Assembly (NCBI RefSeq): GCF_009914755.1
Contig: NC_060925.1
Reading direction: 5' to 3' (one strand)
Length of the DNA: 64,000 nucleotides
From: the human T2T-CHM13v2.0 reference genome, Homo sapiens
Part shown: positions 18,560-32,427 of the stretch, piece by piece
How positions within the stretch are numbered: the stretch's first letter is position 1
Layout of the letters: each line of letters begins with the position of its first letter
The notes under the pieces: model-generated
What the model saw: only the letters and a program-made list of their open reading frames with translations
Told to the model about the DNA's origin: nothing
The model's database searches: none
Made by a program: the position numbers and the translations under genes

Positions 18560-19400
18560 CAAGATTAAAATTCAAAACTAAAATCAGTGTGCACCAATTC
18601 ACATCCCAAGCTATTCCTTTCCCCAAATTCCTGCTTTGGTTAAAGGTACCAAAATCCACCCGACTTCCAAACGAATAATGAAGAAATGTAAATTGTCCTG
18701 GGCTCTGCTTTCTCTCACACTGCCCCTACATGCCCCTCCAGGCTTGACAGGGTCTACCTCCTAATGATTTCTCAAAGCCATCCTCTCCTCCTCACCCCTC
18801 GTGCTACTGTCTGATGCCAGGCTCTCACCCTTCTCTCCAGCATCTTCCCAGGACTTGATCTCTGTATCTCTTCCCTTGAAGGCTAGCCAGTCCAGTCTCT
18901 TCCCTGCAGCCAGGATGATCTTTCAAAATAGTAAATTTGACCATGCTTTTCCTCTTACTGTAATTCTCCAGTGACTCCCCACTATTGTCAAAATAACAAT
19001 TGCTTAGCATAACAAACAGGAGCTCCTTCATGAGCTGGTCCAATAACCTCTCTGTGCATCTTTCCTACATCCCGCTTCTCACAGCAGCCACTTCAAACAC
19101 CAGGCAGCTCCCTCAGCACTCTGGAGCCTTAGAGGTCTTGAGTTGTTTTCATGCAGAATCTTCCCCTGTCCTATTCTCTGCTTCTTGAAGGGTTACTGAG
19201 CTTTAAGACTCTGTAAATAGTATCCCTCTATGAAGTCTTCTCTGAAACTCTGGGACAGAATTAATTGCCTCCCCCTCTAGACTCCTACACATCTTGTTCA
19301 AATTCTGTTTTTGCTCTGTACTCACCACACCATTCTGACTTGTTGATATGGCCATCTCCTGCACCAAGCAGCAGGGCTGGGATCGAGGCTCGAAGACATA
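18560..19400 (-). mobile_element. L2 fragment
   Basis: Degenerate L2 motifs (ctgcagccaggatgatctttcaaaa, ctccagtgactccc, tatgaagtcttctctga). Confidence 0.6.
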
Positions 19401-19589
19401 CTTCTCTGAAAATACTTATTGAGTATATTATTAAGAGTGTGTAGTGCTGGGTCATATTCCTAGGCACTGAGGATTCAGCAAACAGCAACACAGATAAAAG
19501 GTCTGCCCTCAAGTTGCTTCCATTCTAGACAGAAGGTATGATTATAATCATGATAATCATGGTTATTATGGACATTGCCGATAATAGCT

Positions 19590-19810
19590 AACACCTTAAT
19601 AGTACTTAAGTGTCAGGCAGACACTGTACTGAAGTTTTACACAAATAAACTCATTTGATCCTATAAGGTAAGTAGGTTTGTTATTTTATAGACGCTGAGT
19701 TGAAAGCCCAGAGAGGCTAAGTAACTTGCCCAAGACCACACAGCTAGTAACTAGGGGAGCTGGCATTCTAATCAAGTTTAGACCCCGAGTCCACATTCTT
19801 TATTACTATG
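19590..19810 (-). mobile_element. MIR
   Basis: MIR core: agcccagagaggctaagtaacttgcccaagaccacacagctagtaa. Confidence 0.8.
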
Positions 19811-21619
19811 GTATCCAGAAAAATAACAATATAAACAAATAAATAATTTCAAGTGCTGATAATGAAGAAGATAAAATAGAGTATTGTCAGACAGAGTGAC
19901 TGAGGCATCGGTCAGGGAAAGTCTCTTAGAGAAAGTAACATTCAAATTGAGGTGTAATTTGTCAATTGAGAAAAGTAGAAATTCTAGAGTTGGATCTGGG
20001 AATCTAAAGAGGAGAAAAATTGTTTCTTCTATGTAACCAAGACACTAGCTGCTGTGATGTTCACTTGTCACTGCTGGAGGTACCACACTCAAGCCTGGGT
20101 GGCCTTGGGGTACAGCAAATAGCCCAAATGTTCCCAAACCTATCCCCTATCAATCTATTTGTCCCTCCTGTTCTTTTGGGTTAAGACATATCTCAGAAGG
20201 TGTCCAGTATGCTGCATCCTACAAGGGTAGGAAGCATGGCACACACACACTCTTTCTCTCACACACACACTCTTTCTCTCACACACACACACCTGTTTTG
20301 CTGAACCACTTTATTTCACTTCTCTCCTGTGAACAACGTGTCACTCAGAACCTTAGCAAAGTGACAGACAGAGGCATAGCAAAAGGGCTGGGGACAACCC
20401 AGAGGCATGAGTAAAAGGGGAAAAGAAAATTATTTTTTAACAAGATGAGAAGTGAATTGGACTGGAGGGAGAAATGGGAATTTGATCAAGGAGGGGTATG
20501 CAGAGGGGGTTGATTCTGAGATGCTGGCAGTGTTCTGTTTCTTGACCCGAGGGCAAGTTTGCTCTACAATTTTATGTATATACACACACATCTATACACA
20601 CATATGTACGTATGTATTCACACACACGCACACCCCGTATATACACATGCATGCATCTATACCTTCTGAATGAATATCTCTTATAATAAAAGGTTAAAGA
20701 AATGATTTGGCGAGCAGATGAAATGGGTGGGACAAGTTCATACATATTTAATATACTCCCAATGCCTATTTTATGATAAAAATTGTACTAGGTTCATTTT
20801 TACTTATATTATCTCATTTAATTTTTATTACAACCTTATGAAGTAAGTGTCATTCCTGTTTTGCATATGGAAACTGAGGAAGGCAAAGCATAGAGGAGCA
20901 ACCAACATTCAGACTCTGGGCTCTTGCCCCTGCACCATGCCCTCTGCCTTCCACCCTGGGTGGCTCTGAGGTTCAATGGGGTGGGTGACTTTTGGGTAAG
21001 ACAAACCTGGGCATCAATCTGGTCATAGTCACTTACCCACTGTGTGACCTCTGCTATGTGTGGCTTGTATCAGCCTCAGTACCCCCACCTAGTAAAATGG
21101 ATATTACACCTTATGTTGCACAAAAATTGTAAAGATTAAAGACAATGATTGACAAATAGCAGAGTTGAGCATCCTTAAGCCTGGAGGAAAAGGTTTCCCT
21201 GAATTATACAAGGACATATTCACAGTGGTTTTCATCTCTCAAAAAAGCAGTGGAAGACTTTCATCAATAAACCCTTACCTAAAACCCCAATATATAAAGC
21301 AGATAAAAGGGGAGCTCTCTCGTTGGAGCAGGCCTAGGGGGTCTGGAGCTCCGCCACCTGTTTCTTCTCTTTCCTCACCCACAAGTGTTCCCTAGGGCAA
21401 CTCCTTGGAACCTAAAAGTATTCAAAACACATTGAAGACCACTGCAGAAGTTCTTTAAAAAGCAAAACTTGTGATTCATTTAAAATCACAGGTGATATAT
21501 TAAAATTGATTTTAAAATATAAGACTTTCACTCACCCAGACACATCTGCGAAGTTCTGTGAGACTAGGACCAATCATTGTTGTTCTCCCTCGTTCTCAGT
21601 AATTGAAAATGCAAGGAGT

Positions 21620-21870
21620 TCAATGTCTATGAATGAGCGCCTGCTGTGTGCCAGGCACTATACTAGATGCTGAGAGTATGCACTGTAAGATCTCTTTCAA
21701 GTCTAACAACTCTCTATGAAGTAGATACTATTATTCTCGTTTTGAAGATGAAAAAATAAAATGGGTACAGAGAGGTTAAGTCAATTACCCAAGATCTCAC
21801 ATCTAGTGAATAGTGGAGTTGGGATTCAAACAAGTGTTGCAGGATGAATTAGAAAGCCAGAATTTTGCCA
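21620..21870 (-). mobile_element. MIR (possibly with adjacent L2 end)
   Basis: tgtgccaggcactatactag ... acagagaggttaagtcaattacccaagatcacatctagtgaatag-like core, gggattcaaac. Confidence 0.75.
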
Positions 21871-22009
21871 TTAACTCCTGCAGCCTCTTCAACAGTGGAC
21901 TGGGAGGAACAAGTGCCTTGCTCAAAGTTTCGTGCTTTTTCCCAATACTCCTCAGTTGTGATTTTTTTTCTTCTGTTTTCATTAGGGTACCCAGGTCTCC
22001 CAGAACGAA

Positions 22010-22700
22010 GGCAGCGGTCCTCCCTCGCGGGGAGCCCCAGCTCAGGGAGGGCAGAACATCAGGCCCAGCGGCAGCGGGTAGCTGGTGACTGGGGCCTGCC
22101 TGTCCCTCACTCCGGTTCATGCCCCATCCCCACCACGAGGCTGCCGGGCTGAGAGCGCGGAGACTCCTGCTAGGCTGTAGTCTGGCAGGCCGGGGGACTG
22201 GGTTTACTGGAAGAGTGTGAGGTGGGGATGCAGAGGGAGGTCCTTGAAATCCCCTTGAGACATAGAAATAACTAAGCACGCAGTGAGGACTGTGGGGGCA
22301 GCTAATGTCTGCCACCCCCTCACTCGGTGTTCAGCCATTTATCATCAATACGTCGTTAGGCAGGAGCAGGGGCAGGTGGCTGACGGGTGTGCCGGCGGCT
22401 GGCGGGGTCTTGGGAGGCGCCCTGCACACGCCTCTTCTTTCTGAAATCTCCGACCTTTCGGATTTGAGCCGCGAGGGACCGCGGAGCAAGGGCAGCCTCC
22501 TCCGGAAGCCTCGGGTCACTAGAGACCCCTAGAGGCGAAAAGCTGTGTTACAAGCCCCCGGCCGCAGAGGCGCAGGCGGGATTCTTGCCCCGGAGGTTGC
22601 CGAGGAGTGGCCGGTACCTTTCCTAAAACCCTTATCTGTAAGTACACTCCGGCAAGCTCGAAAGGGACAGCAGGGGAGCCATGTGTGCGTGCGCGTGTGC
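22010..22700. promoter_or_regulatory. Intronic CpG island (candidate alternative promoter/enhancer)
   Basis: Dense CpG and high GC in non-repeat sequence ~10 kb into the presumed BRINP2 intron 1. Confidence 0.75.
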
Positions 22701-22783
22701 GGAGAAGGAATGGGGAGGGACAGTTGCATTTGCAGAAGCAATCCTGTCTGGAACTAAGCTGATTAGTCCTGGTGCCGTCCCTC

Positions 22784-22835
22784 CCTCCCTGCCCCACCCC
22801 TCCCATCCTCCCTGCCCCACCCCTCCCATCCTCCC
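22784..22835. repeat. C-rich 23-mer tandem repeat (2.3 copies)
   Basis: cctccctgccccacccctcccat at 22784-22806 and 22807-22829, then cctccc. Confidence 0.9.
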
Positions 22836-25567
22836 TTAGCTCCCTCACTCAGCCTCACTCAGCCCCTGCAGCAATCCAGAGACTGCCCTCTTTGGCAACT
22901 CCCCACCACCTCCATCAAGATAATATCCTTCCCTCAGGGCCCTTCACACCTCTCAGTAACCTGATCAACTAATTTGTGTTAAGGTATTAATGACTAATAA
23001 TGATTTAATGTGCTGCCCTCCCAATTAACACTAGAACATTTCAAAAGAGAAATTCACAGATTTTAACCCAAGTGAGACATGGTGCTTTTCCTTGTTGAGA
23101 GGAATTGTAGGCCCTTCAAAACGAACCATACAGACAGCTGCTGATTCTTTACATACGCTGCATCACTCCTGAGCTTAGCAATGTTTGGAGGCTTTATGCA
23201 AAGGCTCAAGCAGAATTTCCCAAAGAGGGCTGCTCTGAGCTACAACCCTTAAAGAACGCACCAGTACAGGCTTAATGAAGAAAAGAAACCTGGTGCCGCA
23301 ATATCATGTCTTTAGAAGTTTCGATGGTTTTTTTTTGCTCTCGTATGTGACGACATGGTCATTGAGAGAAGAGGCTCAGGCATGGTGAACTTGGGTTCAA
23401 GTCTTTGGCAGGCTCTGCTACGTACCATGTATTTGATCTTGCCAAGTTACTTTACTACATTAGCCTCAGGATGCACATCTGTGAAATGGATGTGGTACAA
23501 CTCACAGGGTTAGAGTATGAAATGAAATAATGCAGAATTAGTACTCATCAAGTCTGATATGTAGAATGCTCCATAAATGACAGTTCTTTTTCTTAAACTT
23601 AGGGGTTTTGTTGTTGTTGTTGTTGTTTTTCTTTTTTTTTCTTTTCTTTTTTTTCTTTTTTTGCCCTGTCTCAAACTCTCAGTGCAGGGCAGCATGCAAA
23701 TGCTGTATTTATTTATTATTTAAAAGCAGGATGAAGCAATCCAGCCTCCTAGGCATGGTTGGTTTGGTAATGAACTAGATTTCTTTCCAGGTGATGGCAG
23801 TGTGTGAGCTTTTTTTTTTTTTTTTTTTTTTTTTCTTTTTCTGCTTCGTTTCTTTAGATGTATCTCACAAATGCAGTGAGCAAAATGGATTTGGCAGTGA
23901 CTTAAAAAGACTTCATGTATTTTGGAAAGAAAAAAAAAAGCCACAACAAAAACTGGTTTGTTTTTGTGATATATGGTTCATGTGATATGACAAAAATCCA
24001 TTTTTATGCTTAGGAAAATTGGCTAATTTTAAAACAGTTGACACATGCCATATGCATATAGAGTAATGATGGATTTTGCTCAGGCAAACAACAGAAGAAC
24101 ACAGGGCCAGCAATATCTTTGTTAGGGCTTTAGTTGCTTAAATTCTTATTTGATGGGCAGATCTGCCCCACGTAGGAGAGGAGAGTGACAGGAAAAATGG
24201 ACTCATCATGGCCTCAGGTAATGGAGTCAGATATTTGATCATAAAGATACTAAGCTTAGGACACAGACACTGTGTTTTCATTAAATCAGTGAGAAGAGAC
24301 TTGGGAATGTACCAATGTAGCAAGCTTATATTCAAGAAAGTAAACAGTTTATGAAGATATTTTCTGGATAAAAGGTGTGGATGGTGCAAAGGATACTGAC
24401 GTGGTGAACCATCATATTAAACTTACCCTGGTCATTCTTCCTGTTGGAGACATGAATGATTTTTGAACTTCAAATACTGTTTATAATGTGCTTTGGGTTC
24501 CTCTGGTTTACAGTTCTGCATAAATCACACTGAAAAGGGAATCCCACATGTTTTCCATTACTGCTAGATAGGGAAAAGAGACTGCATATGAAAGTAAGAT
24601 GCTACAAAGATGGGACATTCAATGAGAAATAATTATGAAAACTTTTTTAAAGAGAGAGATAAGTGCTCTATTATCTTGATTTCCTTCCACTTTCAGTTCC
24701 CCATACACATCGACCAGATACCCAGCTCCTTATAGGCCGATGGTATGCAATCTACTTGACTCATAAAAGCATTTGGCTTTTATTTTACTTTATTTCTTTC
24801 AAGGCAAGATTTAATTAGTGACTGCAGAGAAAAAAAGCTGAACAGCTTAGAGGAGGTTTATGGTTAGGTTTGTAGGACTCAGCAATTTGACATTCTAATC
24901 CTGTCATTTCTCACCTTAAACTGAACAGAGTCAGCAGGGTTTTTTCCCCATAATTCATCCAGTTATTAGGTCTCCCCTCCCCTTACTTTTCACCCTCATC
25001 CTTTGTTTCATCTAACTTTTTGTGTATGCAGTCCTCTACTACATGGTTCTCCCCAACCCCACCCCAACTCTCAGGATAGCAACAAACAAACAAACAAAAC
25101 TGATATCTTGGTGGCTCATTCATGACTGAGCCATCTAGAAGATAAATTCTTTCTCTCCCTACTTTAATTCCTAGAATGTGCCATCTATCTCTCATGTGAA
25201 CTTGACTTCTAAGATGACTGCAGCCAAGGTCCTACAATGATGCGAAGAGGCCAAGTAGTATGTCTACTTCCCTTTTTAATTATAAACTATAAACATTTTG
25301 AAGGTAGAGCCTGAGTCTTTTTTTTTTTTAATCATTTTTTTCCCCAGATCCCTGGCTCAATACTGAGCACAGGGAAGACTTTTATGTTTATGCAGTTAAA
25401 AATAAAATAACAAAAACCCCAATACCTCATCGTCTACCCCACCACACCCATTTCCATTAAAATATGGGTTACTAGAAAGTTAACAAGAATCTTTCCTATT
25501 AAGAATATTTAGTGTTCAGGATTTCAAATGTATATGTTACAAAATTAGGGATGTGTTTCCTTTAAGG

Positions 25568-25728
25568 CAGTGGTTCTCAAAATGCAATGTGCACCTGGGG
25601 AGCTTATTAAAATGCAGAATCCCCAGCCCCTCCTCCAGAGAATCTGATTCTGTAGGTCTTGCATGAGATTCAGAAAACTGAATTTTAACAAGCAGATGAT
25701 ATACAGACCGCATTTTGAGAAATACCAT
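25568..25728. mobile_element. MER5-family hAT MITE
   Basis: cagtggttctcaaa...gagcttattaaaatgcagaat...tctgattctgtaggtct...ttttgagaaata; flanked by tttaagg on both sides. Confidence 0.8.
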
Positions 25729-26249
25729 TTTAAGGCAATCCAAATGAAATGTTACCCATACTCGGTTTGGTAGAATATTAACGTCGCCTAAGTGGTTAAT
25801 GGTTGTCATGTTGGAAAAAAAAAAAGGTTCTGCGATTAGAAAAGTTGGAGAACGTGCCCTCCTTTCCACCCATCCCCTCATAGGCACTCGGAGGTTCACA
25901 ATGCACTTATCACATTAGACCGGTCTGGAAAGGTCTACAATAAAGAAACATGTTTTATCTTTGTTTAGCCAAGTATTTCCAATATATCTTGACCTTGAAA
26001 CTTTTTTTGATCTTATTACCAAACACCTATTAAATATGTGTTTAAATAAATTTTCTATGGAAAGTACTGCCGTAAGGGAGAAGGAACCACCTACAGGAGG
26101 AGGGTGATATTGCAGCCCAGCCATATTATCCCTATTAAATTTCCAAAGGAGAGAATGAACAAAGTGCATGCGGAGTTAGGGGAAAATCACTAACCATGTG
26201 GGATATCTTACAGCCTGGAGAAGTATTTATAAACAAACGTAATCATTCT

Positions 26250-26490
26250 TTATTGAGCATTTAATATTTATCAGGCACTAGTCTATGTTTTTAATATGTA
26301 TTAACTCATTTAATTCTCAGAACAATCCTATAAGTCAGACACTTGTATTATTCCCATTTTACTGAAGAGGAAACTGAGACACTGAAAGGCTCATAATTCC
26401 CTAGAGATTACAAAGGTAGGAAGTGACACAGTGGAATTTGAACCCAAGCAGTGTGCCTTGAGAGCCTACCCTGTTCACAGCTCTATCAGA
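26250..26490 (-). mobile_element. MIR
   Basis: ttattcccattttactgaagaggaaactgagac...ggaatttgaacccaagcag. Confidence 0.8.
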
Positions 26491-27036
26491 CAGCCTCTCC
26501 TCTAGTAGCAGTGTTCTGGAAATTACTGCCAGTGAGGAATGAGCTCCCATCAGACATAACCTGTTCAGGAGCTATGCTGTCCCAATGCCGCAGGATACTC
26601 CTTTATACATGAAGGCCTGTGATCATTGCCCTTTATTCATCAGATAATTTATTATAATGACTGCCTGAACCTCTGAAAGATTTTGCTGTACTTAAACACA
26701 AAATATGCTTAGCAAAACAACCTGACAAGGATGATTCATGGATAGCAATTAAGTGCAGAATCCTGTGCCTACCAAATCCTAAATTGGGTTGAAGATCTGG
26801 CCATCCCGCTGACAACTTGATATGGAATACAGTAGGCTGGCCCTTGTCAGTCCACCCCACTCTCAACCCTCTCATTGCTCCTGGGCATGGGAGGTATCCC
26901 TGAAGGGGCAAGCTCTATGGATGACACAATTCCAATTCCAATTTTGGCCTCTGGCAAGTTGCTTCACTTCTATGGCCCTGAGTTTCCTAATCATAATACA
27001 AAAAAGAAAAAAAGGAGGATAGACTAATGATAACTG

Positions 27037-27117
27037 TTAGGTTAGTGCAAAAGTAATTGCAATTTTTTGCTACTGAAAGTAACGGCAAAAACTGCAATTA
27101 CTTTTGCACCAACCTAA
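27037..27117. mobile_element. MADE1 (Hsmar1-derived MITE), palindromic
   Basis: ttaggttagtgcaaaagtaattgc ... gcaattacttttgcaccaacctaa terminal inverted repeats, ~80 bp. Confidence 0.92.
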
Positions 27118-28909
27118 AACGTTGTAAGCCATATATATACATATGGTTTATTCCAATGTTTGCCACAGGAGCAGTGTTTGGTCTCTTGTGCTCTTAGGTC
27201 CTGAGGGTGAGATCGCTCCTTGTCTGTGCCTTCAAAGATACTTATGTAGAGGTAATGGAGGTCAAAGTTAGGACCCTGGGAAGTGAGAGGGAATTGAGGA
27301 AGAAAACTCTTGGCTTCCAGATCCTGGATCTCTTCCAAAATGCATGTGGGATTTGGGTCACTGGGCCTTATAATACAACCAGGATTCCTGGTTACTTTAA
27401 TTTTCTCCTTTGTAAAAATATGAATAATGCTAGTTGTAGGCGTATCCCACTGGGAACTTTGCATCTTGTTCATTAACAAATGCTTAAGAAGTATCACATC
27501 ACACTAAGCAGGCATTTCTCAAAGAGCCAACACATTCCAGGCATCATTTTAGACACTCCACAAATGTGAACTAAACAATATGCGCCTTTTAATGGCAATT
27601 TAGGCAAGTTAGTTCTTGGCCTGAGGTTACACAAGTGGGAGAGGCAAAGTCCAAACCTAAGTCAGATCTGTCTGACCCAAACTGCCAATTTTTCCTCTCA
27701 ACCACTTAGAAAAGGTATGAGGAGGGGAAGTGACAGGAGGGACAAATGAGGTCTGGCTCTCCAGTGACGGAGTTTTAGAAAGAACCATTTCAAAACCTAT
27801 CAAGATCTTTGGAAAATCAGCCTTCCCAGTGCCTTTTCCCCTTCTACCCCAAATTTTGTGGCTTCTCTAACTCAACTGTTTCCTGCCCTAGCATATTGTG
27901 CCCCCCTAACCCTCACCCTGCCACACCTAACAGAAAATGCTTACGGCACATCCAGGCTGGCTGGCCTATCATCAGTCACCAGTTCCAGAAGCCCAGATTG
28001 AACTATCTGGTCTTGGTCCTTGGTCTTCATCCTTGGCTACTTTATGAACTTGTTGCTCTAGACCCAGACCTTTTGGCAATGATGAAGAAGAGCACAAGTT
28101 TTTTTCTTCCCAAACTAAGCACATTCACTTACCAAAATGGGTCCTTCTTATGCCATTTTCCTTTGGATCAGACCTCACACATCCTGTGCACAGGGTCAGG
28201 CATGGAGTGAGGATGGAGCCTTGCAGCTTCTGGGGCTTCATATGAAGCCTGGAGGATCAGCTTGCAAGGAGGAAGAGAAGGTGGAGTTTAGCCAAAGCAG
28301 GCCTCATGAAGGCCGCTCAACCACTCATGTATGTCGGTATGTCGACTTCCGCTCTTGTTCTGCTCTTGAACAGTGAATGTTGTATTCCACTTATTTAATG
28401 ATATAGCAAGTAGTTAGGACTATGAGCTCTCAAAACCAGGTAGGCCATGGATTTATCATTTGTTGTTTGAAGCTAAGTGATAGGTATAGAGGAGTTAACC
28501 ATATGATTTTTTTCTATTTTTGTATATGTTTGGAAATGTTCTGTAATTTAAAAGATTAAAAAATAATCCATGGATTCTGGAGTGAGAGAGTCTTGATCTA
28601 AAATTCCAGCACACCTGTTCTCTTGCTGTGTTACCTAGGGCCAAAGATTTAAATTTTCTGAGCCTCTATTTTCTTATCAATAGAGATAATATCTATCTCA
28701 AAGTATTATTGTGAAAATTAAATGAAATAGTGAAACAAGCTATGCACAGTGACTGGCTCATAATTGCTTGATAAATAACAACTATCATTCTTGCTGTTAT
28801 TATTGTTATCTTTCTAGTTAGCATCATTTTGTGACTTCTTTACAGCAGGTACTGTAACTTACTCAGCTTCATATTTATTCCATCTAGTTCAATTTCAAGC
28901 TCATATAAC

Positions 28910-29270
28910 AAAAATAACAAATATTTATTGAGCTCTTTCGAGGTGCCAGGCATTTTCTAGGAGCTAGGAAAGTAGCAGTAATAAAGCAGACAAAAAAATA
29001 GAACCCGTGCCCTTGTGAAGCCTATGTTTTAGTTGTGGAAGACAAGCAATACACAACAACAAGAAAAAAAACATAATTAATGAGTTGTATTTGTTGTTAG
29101 AAGGTAATAAGTTCAATGGAAAAAAATATAGCAAAGAAAATTGGAGCCCTGGAGAAGGGTTGAAGGATTAAATGGGATGGTCAGGGTAGACCTCAAGGAA
29201 GAGGTGACATTTAAGCAAAGACTAGAAGAAGAAGTTGGGAGGATGAGCCATGTGGATAACTGGAGAATTT
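28910..29270 (+). mobile_element. L2 fragment
   Basis: aaatatttattgag...gtgccaggc...cagacaaaa...gaggtgacatttaagcaaagact. Confidence 0.65.
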
Positions 29271-31399
29271 CCATGGAGTGGAAAATTAATACTTTTTTTC
29301 TAGTAACTGCCCCATGACACTCTTTGATATCTATTTAACTCTTATATTACTTCAGCTTCTGAGGTACACGTGTTTTTTCCCACAGTAGGCTTCTTGAGAG
29401 CTGAGAACATGTATTACACTTGACATTTATGTTCATTCACAGAGCTCCCTACTCAGTATTATGCGTAGGTTAAGAATTCAGTAATTGTTTATAGAAAATA
29501 AACCCACACCTATCTTTCCTGAGAGGTTTTTTTAAAGAAGCAGAAACTGCAGTGTATGTTTACAGTAAAACTCACCCTATTCACCCATACCTTTGTAAAA
29601 CACTCATATTTTCTAAGTTTCATTAGCTTGATATTTTCAAGTTAACTCAGGACAAGGTACACACTAATAGTAGAGAAATCGGTAGCTCAAGAGGGTTCTT
29701 GGAGAGGTAAAGAAGGCCAGGCTACAGGAAGATGAGGGAGAGACACACGTAATGTCTTTAATGCAGTCATAACTATGATAAAACATTTTAAAGATCTTAA
29801 TGCAATTAGGACTTATGATTATACATTGTATGATCTTAATTGAAAGCAATAGTTCAAGTTAGACTTGATTCTGAAAACTCCAAAGACCAAAAACTGTAAG
29901 TAAGGAAGCTGAAAAAAAAAAGGTACTTTGGATTTTCTTATGATGCAGTCTATAAGATTTTCTGCCATTGAGTCACTTGATAGGTGAGACTTGTTTGTCA
30001 ACAAGGTCCATTTGGTAACTGAGACCTTCAGTGACCAAACCTCCCAGAATAGGGTTCAGGACAGTCCTGCCTCTGGCCAAGCCCCTGTCCCCAGTGAATG
30101 TTGTAGAGAGGTGACAGAATGATTCATTTGGTCACTGCCACTCTCTTCCAGAAAAGGACCATAGCCAATGATGGCAAATTACCTCTGGGGTGGCCATTTA
30201 CCCTTAGACTTGTTACAGATCCAAACAATCAGAGTACTAATCTGTTCTTCTTAACACAGACTTACCCTGTCTGGAGCTAAGACATGTTTTGATCTTTTAC
30301 CTCCAGCAACTGTGTCAATATAAATACTTCTCAACTTAGAAACTAGGTAACATTGATAATTACTTTAAACAGAGGCCTCCACATTGAGATGTTTTGTCCT
30401 CATAGAGCCTGATGGAGTAAGACATTGTGCAGCTGCCACTCTCCAGAGAGACTGTCACTAAAGCAGGTTGTCTATCTCCTGTCTCCTAAGGCAACCTTAT
30501 GAATAAACCATCTTAACGTTAAGTCATGTGCATAAATAATTTAAAATTGGCTTGCAAGCAAAAAGGAAAGGGGTGTATGTGGGACACTGATCACATCATC
30601 AGTGTGCTCTCAGCCAAGACTGAGGAGGGTCCATGGAGCTTGGTAACAGGTGGTGAATCTGTAAGTTTCAACTGAACGGAAATTCCCTTACATCTCATTG
30701 TCCTCCTTTCTGGAACTCAGTTAACAATGGACAGGGCCTGATAAAATTCAAGCTTCCTCAGAATACCCTCATCTTTTCTTTTCTGCTAGGCTGACTCCAG
30801 ACTAGAATGATAGGCACATTGCCTTCAGAAGTAAATATGAGTCCCTAACTCATACGGGGCAACCCTCCATAAGTCTCTCCAGACTTTCAGCAGAAAGGCT
30901 GCAAAAACTCTATGGAGAGGAACTTGCTCCTCTTGTTTCTGAACCTGTCTCTCTCCTCACTCACTTTTCCTCACTAGGCTGGAGTTATGTGGCATTTAAA
31001 ACATGTCCTTTCAAGACTATTTACCCATCTGTCCCCTAGAGCAGTCCCTATCCCTCAATCTTTCTCTCTTCCACATATATTTCAAGTTTAGCTCTTTCTG
31101 CTTATGTCGCACTTCTCTGCAATCTCTTTCTCTTGTTCTTTGTCAGCCAGCAAAAATCTCCTTCTTCCCTTCTCCAAAACAGCCCACATACCATCTGTTG
31201 AGGTTGGCAGTCTCCCGTTCTCTCCTCTCCTTGTTCCCCTGGTGGGAGTAAGTAAAGGGGGAGTTAGATCCCTCTTTGGAGCAGCTATAGGCAAACTGGA
31301 CCCTGCTGATAGTTCTTCACTAATGGACCTTAGTTTCACAGGACAGGAAGTGAGCATTGGGTCCCAGTCTGTCTGCTTTGATTCAGGCAAAGTGATACA

Positions 31400-31630
31400 C
31401 AGTTGGGTATGGTTAAGACAACAGACTCCAGGGTCAGATTGCCTGGTTTCAGTTCTGGGCTTCATTAGTTGTGTGATCGTGGGTGAGTCATATTAACAGA
31501 TCTAAGCCTCTTCATTTAGAAAATGCAGATGATCTTTGTGTATCTTCCTCATAGGGTTATGGTGAGGACTAATAATACAATTTAGGGTTTATCACAGTTG
31601 CCTGGTCTATAAATGTGAGTCCTTATTATT
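31400..31630 (+). mobile_element. MIR
   Basis: ggttaagac...cagattgcctggttt...tcctcatagggttatggtgaggact. Confidence 0.7.
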
Positions 31631-32045
31631 ACATCATCCTTAACCAATAGCATAAAGCCCAATATTTCCCTCAATAGTCAAGAGAAATACCCCAACACAT
31701 TCATATTGCAAAGGGCCCTGGCTGTGTCATCAACTCTCCAGAGAGCGTTGTCCTTCCAGGAAGTATGATGTCTTTATTAGCTTCTCAACTGCAGAGCACT
31801 AGTTTACAAATCCAGGATCTCAATGCTAAAAAGCCCTCTCGAAACTTGTGTTCTAACTGAATAAGTGGTGATTTGCACATAGAGCATTTCTGAGGCTAAA
31901 TTTCAAAGGACAGCTAAGTCTTGGTTTGGGAGTGCTTTCTAATGGCAAGCTCTGTAATCCAGTGCTCTTCCTCTGGGAAATCCATCGCTTAAGACATCTC
32001 AAGCTAAACTGAATAAAACTCTGGAGAACATGAGGATGAGGATGA

Positions 32046-32427
<382 letters not shown>

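Noticed and set aside
20240-20292. (CACACACACACTCTTTCTCT)2 repeat
   Set aside because: Ordinary compound microsatellite duplication
21803-22315. 170-aa minus-strand ORF at the intronic CpG island
   Set aside because: GC-driven, ends in MIR sequence, no homology recognised
22520-22540. CTCF-like CCCCTAGAGGCG
   Set aside because: One G short of the core on either strand; not supportable without ChIP data
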